Part shown: piece after piece, positions 26,466 through 33,431 of the stretch | Position numbering within the stretch: the first letter of the stretch is position 1 | How the letters are laid out: the number at the start of each line of letters is the position of its first letter | Assembly (NCBI GenBank): GCA_964593285.1 | Contig: CAZQHZ010000002.1 | Span: 68,739 to 102,169, forward strand | DNA length: 33,431 nucleotides | Direction: 5' to 3' | Origin: an uncultured Methanosarcinales archaeon | GTDB lineage: Archaea > Nanobdellota > Nanobdellia > Woesearchaeales > DSVV01 | The notes under the pieces: generated by a model | What the model saw: only the letters and a program-made list of their open reading frames with translations | What the model was told of the DNA's origin: nothing | Databases searched by the model: none | Program-made: the position numbers and the translations under genes

Positions 26466-27734
26466 TTAAATTTCAATTCCTCTTAAATTAAAATCTGTTG
26501 TTTTTATTATTTTAACTTTAATAATTTCACCTAATTTATAATTTCCATCAATAATTACTGGTTTATAATATTTATTTCTTCCAATAAAATTATTTTCATT
26601 TTTTCCATATTCATTAATTAAAATTTCTCCTTCCCAATTTTTCCATTTTTTATTATTTTCAAAGCTAATCCATAAAAATTCGTTAGTTAATTTTTTACTT
26701 CTATTTTTTATGATTTTAGAATGATGTTGTTTCATTTTGGATGAAGTAGTATAGTTTCTTTTCCAGTATCGTGAAATATTAACAATTTCAGGTTTTAATT
26801 CTTTTATTAAATTAATTGTATCTAAAAATTCTTCGTCTGTTTCTTTTGGAAATCCACAAATAATATCTGTTGCAATGGTAATGTTTGGTATTTCTTTTTT
26901 TAATTTTAAAAAGATTTTTTTAAAATCTTCTACGTTATAATTTCTATTCATATTTTTTAAAACATTATTGTTTGCAGATTGAAGGGGTATGTGTAAAAAT
27001 TTAAAAAATTTATTTATTTTTAATAATTCAATTAATTCATCTATAAATTTAGCAACATGTTCTGGATTCATCATTCCAATTCTAATTTTATAATTTCCTG
27101 TAATTTTAATTATTTCTCTTAATAATTTTATTAGAGAATAGTTTATATCTTTTCCATAGCAACCTGTATCTTGAGCTGTAATCCAAATTTCTCTAGCACC
27201 ATCATTTATTGCATTTTTTGCTCTATTTATTATAAATTCAGGTTTATATGATTTTAATTCTCCTCTTGCTTTTTTTACAATACAATAACTACAGTTTCCA
27301 AGGCATCCACTAGAAATAGGTATTATTTCAATAATTTTGTTTTTTTTTTTGGTTGGTAAATTTATTCTATCTTCAAAGTTTTCATTTGCAATCAATGTTA
27401 CAATATTATCATTTAATGTTTCTTCAACAACTTCACATATGTTTTTTATTTGCTCTACTCCAATTATAGAGATTCCTTTTAGTTTTTTGGGCATTGCTTG
27501 AGCCATACATCCTGCAACAATTATTTTTTTATTTAATTTTTTTATTTTTTCAATATATTTTAAACAATTTACTTCAGAAGGTCCTTTTACAATGCAAGTG
27601 TTAATTATAATTAATTCTGCTTCATCTTCATTTTGGGTAATATTATAATTATTTTTTTTTAAAATCCCACTAATGCTTTCAGAATCAGCTAAATTAACAC
27701 TGCATCCGAAAGTTTTTATATAAATTTTATTCAT
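26466..27734 (-). CDS. mtaB: tRNA methylthiotransferase (MiaB-like, archaeal e-MtaB type)
   Basis: UPF0004 domain (TFGC..N, NTC, AGC), radical SAM CLGNCSYC, RIGMMNP, TDIICGFPKET and a C-terminal TRAM domain. Confidence 0.9.
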   Translation of the reverse strand: MNKIYIKTFGCSVNLADSESISGILKKNNYNITQNEDEAELIIINTCIVKGPSEVNCLKYIEKIKKLNKKIIVAGCMAQAMPKKLKGISIIGVEQIKNICEVVEETLNDNIVTLIANENFEDRINLPTKKKNKIIEIIPISSGCLGNCSYCIVKKARGELKSYKPEFIINRAKNAINDGAREIWITAQDTGCYGKDINYSLIKLLREIIKITGNYKIRIGMMNPEHVAKFIDELIELLKINKFFKFLHIPLQSANNNVLKNMNRNYNVEDFKKIFLKLKKEIPNITIATDIICGFPKETDEEFLDTINLIKELKPEIVNISRYWKRNYTTSSKMKQHHSKIIKNRSKKLTNEFLWISFENNKKWKNWEGEILINEYGKNENNFIGRNKYYKPVIIDGNYKLGEIIKVKIIKTTDFNLRGIEI

Positions 27735-27849
27735 TTTTAATTTTTATTTTGCTAATTATTTGTAATATGGGTAAAATTCTTGTTTATTTTTAAAATTTTT
27801 TAATTATTTTAATAATATTTATATATTTAATTTAATTATCTATTTTTTA

Positions 27850-28467
27850 ATGGCTAAAAATAAAAATAAAAATCCAAATTCGCATTTTACAATTAATGAT
27901 GTTTTAAGTAGTTTAAATGAAAATGACCCTAAAGTAGAGTTATTAGATATTGAAAAGGAAATTAAGGAAGATTATGAAAAGCAAAAAGAAAAATATGAAA
28001 AAAACTCAAAACCATTAAAGGAATTACTTGTTTATGAAAAATTTTATGTAGCAAAGTATCCAGTGCAAGAAGCATTTCAAACAAATTTTACTCCATATTC
28101 TGAATTAATTTTTGGTGGAAAATCTATGAATTATGAGGGTGGTTTAAATTATTTAACAAAAATTAAAGTTAAACCATTAAATAAAAAAACAAAAATTGGT
28201 AAAATTTATTTTAATTCATCGACTAGTTTAAAACTTGGGGATTATTTTTCTGCACTAATTCCAAAATTTACAAAAAAGGAATTAAATTCTTATTTATCAC
28301 ATGTTAATCCTAAGAAAAAAAGAATTTTTTATTTTGATAGGCCTTTTTATTTGGATGAAGTTGTGTTTGAAATTAATATTTTATCTAAAAATAATAGTGA
28401 AATTTTAAAAAATGAAAAAAGCCCAGAATATTTTAATTTTTTGAAAGATAAAAATTTTAAATATTAA
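27850..28467 (+). CDS. Hypothetical protein
   Basis: 205-aa ORF with ATG filling the intergenic space; no motif recognised. Confidence 0.7.
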   Translation: MAKNKNKNPNSHFTINDVLSSLNENDPKVELLDIEKEIKEDYEKQKEKYEKNSKPLKELLVYEKFYVAKYPVQEAFQTNFTPYSELIFGGKSMNYEGGLNYLTKIKVKPLNKKTKIGKIYFNSSTSLKLGDYFSALIPKFTKKELNSYLSHVNPKKKRIFYFDRPFYLDEVVFEINILSKNNSEILKNEKSPEYFNFLKDKNFKY

Positions 28468-28521
28468 TTATGAAAATTAAACATACAAAACTTAATAAAT
28501 AAATTAATATTCTTTAAATTT

Positions 28522-29730
28522 ATGTCAAAACCTTGGATTTTTAAGTATTTACCAGTTTCTTCAAAAGAAGTTTTTGGAAGGGATTTAGAACTAGATGAAA
28601 TTAGAAAATTTTTATTTGAAAAAACCTATAAAAAGAAATGTCTAATTTTACAAGGGCCACCTGGTACTGGTAAGACTTCTTGTATTTATGCTATAGGAAA
28701 TGAAAAAAATTGTGAAATTATTGAATTAAATGCATCTGATTTTAGAAATAAAGATAAAATTCAATCAATTGTTGGAAATGCAATAAATCAACAATCATTA
28801 TTTTTTAAACAAAAGATTATTTTAATTGATGAAGTTGATGGTTTGTCTGGAACTAAAGATAGGGGTGGTATTTTAACTATAGTCAATCTTGCAAAAAAGT
28901 CTAAATTTCCAATAATTTTAACTGCACAAAATGTTTATGAAAGTAAATTTTCTTCACTTAGAAAAATTTCAAATGTTTTATCTTTTGATTTATTGCCATA
29001 TACTGTTATTTTTGATAAATTAAAATATATTGCAGAAAAAGAAGATATAATCTATGATGAATCTGCTTTAAAATCTTTATCTAGAATGGCTGGTGGCGAT
29101 TTAAGAGCTGCAATAAATGATTTACAAACAATTAGTGCTATAAATAATTCATTTAAAAAAGAAGATCTAGATAATTTAAGTTTACGAGAAAAAAAGGATA
29201 ATATTGCTTGTGCATTAACTAAAATTTTTAAATCAAATAATTCTTTGATTTCATTAAATGCAATTGATAATTTAAATGAAGATATAGATAAAATTATGCT
29301 TTGGGTTGATGAAAATTTACCTTATGAATATACTAATTTTAATGATTTAACATTAGCATATGATAAATTATCTAAAGCTAATGTATTTATGTCAAGAATT
29401 AGACGATGGCAACATTGGAGATTTATTATTTATGCAAAAGTTTTAATTTCTGCTGGAATTAGTGTTTCAAAATTAGAAAAGAATAAAAATTGTATTGATT
29501 ATAAAGAATCAAAAAGGCCTCTTGAAATTTATATTGCAAATATGAAATATCAAAAGAGAAAATTAATCTCAAAAAAAATAGCAGAAAAAACACATACATC
29601 GCTTAAGCGTGCAATTAATTCTTCTTTTGTATATCTACAATATATGATAAAGAAAGATAAAAAAAATTCTAAAAATATTTGTGAATTTTTAGATTTATTA
29701 GATGATGAAATAGCATGGCTTGTTAAATAA
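28522..29730 (+). CDS. rfcL: Replication factor C large subunit
   Basis: PW..KY.P, GPPGTGKT, ELNASD, IDEVDG, GDLRAAINDLQ and WVDENLP motifs. Confidence 0.95.
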   Translation: MSKPWIFKYLPVSSKEVFGRDLELDEIRKFLFEKTYKKKCLILQGPPGTGKTSCIYAIGNEKNCEIIELNASDFRNKDKIQSIVGNAINQQSLFFKQKIILIDEVDGLSGTKDRGGILTIVNLAKKSKFPIILTAQNVYESKFSSLRKISNVLSFDLLPYTVIFDKLKYIAEKEDIIYDESALKSLSRMAGGDLRAAINDLQTISAINNSFKKEDLDNLSLREKKDNIACALTKIFKSNNSLISLNAIDNLNEDIDKIMLWVDENLPYEYTNFNDLTLAYDKLSKANVFMSRIRRWQHWRFIIYAKVLISAGISVSKLEKNKNCIDYKESKRPLEIYIANMKYQKRKLISKKIAEKTHTSLKRAINSSFVYLQYMIKKDKKNSKNICEFLDLLDDEIAWLVK

Positions 29731-29803
29731 AATCATAGTTTATCATTTTATTATTTTTAAGTGGTGTTAAAAGTTTTTAAATTGTATTTAAGTATAATTT
29801 TTT

Positions 29804-31621
29804 ATGGATGAAAGTTTATCTGAAAATAAAAATATAACTCCTGATGCTGATTATTTATTTGAAGCTTCATTTGAGGTTTGTAATAAGGTTGGTGGTATTT
29901 ATACAGTTTTAAAATCAAAAGTTGAATTAATGGATAATGCATATCAAAACTATTTTTTAATCGGTCCTTTAAATAAAACAAAAATTCCAAAAGAGCTTGA
30001 ACAATGTAGTCCACCAGATTTTATTAAAGAAGTTTTTGATGAATTATCTAATAAAAATATTCATTGTATTTTTGGAAAGTGGAAAGTTAAAGGAAAACCC
30101 TATGTTATTCTTATTGATTTTTATAGTTTAAGTTATCAAGTAAATGTGTTAAAAAAAATGTTGTATGAAGATTATGATATTGAAACACATAATTCGTCTT
30201 GGGAATTTGAAGAGCCTATGCTTTGGTGTTATGCAATATATGAATTTTTAAATTTAATTGTAAAAAAATTACCAGGTAAAAAGGTTGTTTCTCATTTTCA
30301 TGAATGGATGGCTGGGATTAGTTTATTATTTTTAAAAAAATATAATGTTGATATTTCAACAGTTTTTACAACACATGCAACAATTCTTGGTAGGTCCATT
30401 GCAGGCCGAGGAAAAGATTTATATGGTATGCTTGAAAATATGAATCCTCACAAGGAAGCTATTGATTGTTGTGTTTTGGATAAATTTACAACTGAAAAAG
30501 CTTGTGCAAATAATGCTAATGTATTTACAACAGTTTCAGAGATAACTTCTATTGAAGCTGAAAAAATACTTGGGCGAAGACCTGATATTTTATTATTAAA
30601 TGGGTTAGACATTGATAAATTTCCTTCATTTGAAGAATCTTCAATTTTACATGTTAAATATAGAGAGAAATTAAGAGAGTTTATTTCATATAAATTTTTC
30701 CCACATTATGATTTTGATTTAAAACAAAGTTTATTTTTTTATATTTCAGGTAGATATGAATTTAAAAATAAAGGTGTTGATATGTATATTGATGCACTTT
30801 CAAAATTAAATGAAAGGTTAAAAAGTGAAAATTTTAAAAAAACAATAATTGCATTTTTTTTTATTCCAACTGGTGTTAAAGGAATAAAAAATGAATTAAT
30901 TGAAAATAAAGAAAAGTATGATAAATTAAAAAATTTAATTAAAAAGTTAAATCCAAAAATTAATAAAAAATTAATATTGAATTTAATTTCAAACAAAAAT
31001 ATTGATGATGACTTTTATTTAAATTTACTTGATAAAGAAGATATAGATAAATTGAAAAATAATGATTTTTATGATAAAAATTCTGATTTTGTAGATGTTT
31101 GTACACATAAACTTTTTGATGAAGAAAACGATTCTATATTAAATAATTTAAAAGAAAAAAATCTTTTGAATAGAAAAGAAGATAAAGTAAAAATTGTTTT
31201 TTATCCAGTTTACTTAGATATTTTTGATAATTTGTTAAATTTAGATTATTATGATGTAATTTCTGGTTGTCATTTGGGTGTATTTCCAAGTTATTATGAA
31301 CCTTGGGGTTATACACCACTTGAAAGTGCAATTTTTGGGGTTCCTTGTATTACTTCAAATTTAGCTGGATTTGGTAAATTTATTAAAGAAAATACAACAA
31401 AAAATGAAGGTGTTTTTGTTGTTGATAGACTAGATAAGAATTATGATGAATCTGTTAATAGTATTTTTGAAATTTTTTATAAATATTCAAATTTAGATAA
31501 AAATAAAAGAGCAAGACAAAAAATTATTGCAAAAAAATTATCAGAACTTGCTGATTGGAAGGATTTAGTTAATAATTACTACAAAGCACATAATTTAGCA
31601 TTAAGTCAAAAATTTAATTAA
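29804..31621 (+). CDS. Glycogen synthase, GT3 family
   Basis: FEASFEVCNKVGGIYTV, HFHEWMAG, FTTHATILGR, GRYEFKNKG and PSYYEPWGYTPLE motifs. Confidence 0.93.
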   Translation: MDESLSENKNITPDADYLFEASFEVCNKVGGIYTVLKSKVELMDNAYQNYFLIGPLNKTKIPKELEQCSPPDFIKEVFDELSNKNIHCIFGKWKVKGKPYVILIDFYSLSYQVNVLKKMLYEDYDIETHNSSWEFEEPMLWCYAIYEFLNLIVKKLPGKKVVSHFHEWMAGISLLFLKKYNVDISTVFTTHATILGRSIAGRGKDLYGMLENMNPHKEAIDCCVLDKFTTEKACANNANVFTTVSEITSIEAEKILGRRPDILLLNGLDIDKFPSFEESSILHVKYREKLREFISYKFFPHYDFDLKQSLFFYISGRYEFKNKGVDMYIDALSKLNERLKSENFKKTIIAFFFIPTGVKGIKNELIENKEKYDKLKNLIKKLNPKINKKLILNLISNKNIDDDFYLNLLDKEDIDKLKNNDFYDKNSDFVDVCTHKLFDEENDSILNNLKEKNLLNRKEDKVKIVFYPVYLDIFDNLLNLDYYDVISGCHLGVFPSYYEPWGYTPLESAIFGVPCITSNLAGFGKFIKENTTKNEGVFVVDRLDKNYDESVNSIFEIFYKYSNLDKNKRARQKIIAKKLSELADWKDLVNNYYKAHNLALSQKFN

Positions 31622-31829
31622 ACTATTTTTCTTTGTGTATTGTTAATATACAAAAGTTTGCATTAGTAATGAACAATTAATATTTAAGTCGTGCTTTTGA
31701 AAAGAATGATTATGTTGTAATTGATGATTTTTTGCTTATTCACAATGTTTTTGGTATGCCAGTTGATTTTTGAATTATTTTATAAGGTAGCATTGAATTA
31801 TCTTGTTTTTAGATATAAGAAATTTTAGT

Positions 31830-33365
31830 TTATCGATACAATATTTTTTTTAGTAAATTTAAGTTTAATCTAGTGTATTTTTCTGTCATTTCAATTATTA
31901 GCATGTCTTGTTTTTTTAATATTTTTAAGTATCTAATCCCAACTATTAATATTATACTGTATATTATCCCTGCTAGTGCTATGAAAAATATAAAATGAAT
32001 GTTTAAATAATTAAATATTTGGCTTGTAATTATATAACTTATAATTCCTCCACTAAATGTTAAAAATAAACATTTTATTATATGTTTTATGTCATGTTTT
32101 ATTATTATTTGTCTTTTGCTTTCTAAATGAAAATAAAATCTTAATATAAAATAACTAAATCCAGTTCCAATTGCAGCCCCAATTATTCCAATTTGATTAA
32201 CTAGATAAATTGTAATTATTAAGTTTAATATTAGTGTTATTAAATCACCATAAAATATTTTTTTTGATTTTTCTTCTAGTAATAATAAATTTGAACTAAA
32301 ATAAAAATAATTTGTTAGTAAAAAAAAAAAGGTAAGAATTTTAAGGCTGTAATTTCCACCAATATATTCTTCTCCAAATAAAAACAATAATACTTTTTCT
32401 GAATATAATATGAAAATTGAACCAATTGTTAAACTAGATAAAACAGTCCAATTTCTAATTATTTGAAATATTTTTTTAAATTGAATTTTATTTTTTTCAT
32501 AATATTTAGTCATGATTGGCATAAAAATTCCACCAAAAAGTCTAGAACCCATAAATAAATTTAATGCAATACTAAATGAAATCCCATAGATTCCTAAATC
32601 TTCTTGTGTTAAAAATTTTGCTATAACGAAGTTGTCTGTCCAGTTTAATAAAAAACCTAAAATACCTGCAAAAAATAAAGGTAATGAATATTTAAACCAT
32701 CTTTTAATTTCATATTTTTTTGTTTTTGTTTTAAATTTTTTTGATAGTGGAATTATTAAAAATAAATAATATATTAATGGAATTATATATGATAATAATA
32801 AGACATATGCAATATAAAATATTTTTAAATTAAATATTAATAAAAAAAATGCTCCTAAAATTAAAACAATTTTATGTATTACATCCATTCCAATTTTTGC
32901 AACTAATACTTTTTTATATGCCATTAGTATTAGTAAGAAGACTGCATTGAATATTCTAAATGGGATTATTATTGCTATGATATAGAGCATTTTTGTAAAA
33001 ATTTCTGGAAAATTAAAAAATAAAGTTATATTTTTTGCACATAAAATTAATAATACTGATGCTAAGATTGATGTTATTATTTGTATTGTAAATACAGTTT
33101 TTATGTAACCTCTAATGTATTCATTTTTTTTATCTTTATATAATGGAATAAATCTATTTAATCCACCATTTAATCCAAATGCGCCAATTATTGTAATTAT
33201 TCCAAGAATTGTAATTAACATTTCAAATAATCCATATTCTGAAGGAGCATAAGTTCTTGCTAATATTAATTTATAAAAGAATGATAAAATTGAAGCTATG
33301 GCTAGTGTTATAAATGTTGCACCACCTCCTCTAATGAATTCTTTTAATGCAGTATTATCTTCCAT
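31830..33365 (-). CDS. Polysaccharide flippase (Wzx/MATE-like)
   Basis: About 14 TM helices with ILAR....EYG, YSLPL, TD.FVI...LGIY and GIIGAAI motifs. Confidence 0.9.
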   Translation of the reverse strand: MEDNTALKEFIRGGGATFITLAIASILSFFYKLILARTYAPSEYGLFEMLITILGIITIIGAFGLNGGLNRFIPLYKDKKNEYIRGYIKTVFTIQIITSILASVLLILCAKNITLFFNFPEIFTKMLYIIAIIIPFRIFNAVFLLILMAYKKVLVAKIGMDVIHKIVLILGAFFLLIFNLKIFYIAYVLLLSYIIPLIYYLFLIIPLSKKFKTKTKKYEIKRWFKYSLPLFFAGILGFLLNWTDNFVIAKFLTQEDLGIYGISFSIALNLFMGSRLFGGIFMPIMTKYYEKNKIQFKKIFQIIRNWTVLSSLTIGSIFILYSEKVLLFLFGEEYIGGNYSLKILTFFFLLTNYFYFSSNLLLLEEKSKKIFYGDLITLILNLIITIYLVNQIGIIGAAIGTGFSYFILRFYFHLESKRQIIIKHDIKHIIKCLFLTFSGGIISYIITSQIFNYLNIHFIFFIALAGIIYSIILIVGIRYLKILKKQDMLIIEMTEKYTRLNLNLLKKILYR

Positions 33366-33431
33366 TTTTAATATAAAAAGAATTAGGTATATAAATTTAA
33401 TTGTTGTTTTTTTAAAAAAGCAATATTTTTT

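Noticed and set aside
29802..31331. Minus-strand ORFs 29802-30014, 30739-30996 and 31134-31331
   Set aside because: Antisense to glycogen synthase.
1..33431. Alternative genetic code, or an integrase/transposase gene
   Set aside because: Conserved genes read through intact under code 11 and TGA serves as a normal stop (e.g. srp54, ftsY). No recombinase or transposase motif was recognised in the window.

Overview
Very AT-rich archaeal DNA using standard code 11. It is most consistent with a DPANN lineage such as Woesearchaeota; this is inferred from archaeal SRP54, prefoldin-alpha, FtsY, RFC-L, CarS and RNase P RNA alongside a bacterial-type class II aldolase, a GT3 glycogen synthase, tight gene packing and mostly leaderless genes. 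The window opens with a 94-bp tandem array built from a tRNA 3' end plus its inverted T-loop copy. Degenerate copies of the same unit bracket a secreted TPR-like gene in a cassette-like arrangement. Next come a phospholipid head-group operon (psd, pssA and a DUF212-phosphatase/CarS fusion cut by a 100-N gap), MscS, an FAD oxidoreductase, a GNAT, an AI-2E transporter and a stand-alone voltage-sensor-like protein. A membrane-anchored wHTH regulator with TTGTTCC direct repeats precedes a secreted coiled-coil/Kazal protein and a lipoprotein. The rest holds tRNA-Pro(GGG), srp54-pfdA-ftsY, a three-gene HdrA-MvhD/MvhG/MvhA (group 3c-like) hydrogenase operon with a stripped-down HdrA and no adjacent HdrBC, an RNase P RNA of unusual architecture, a translin/HD-nucleotidase/two-M29-aminopeptidase operon, fba, mtaB, rfcL, glycogen synthase and a flippase. 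All calls come from motif recognition by eye; no searches were run.
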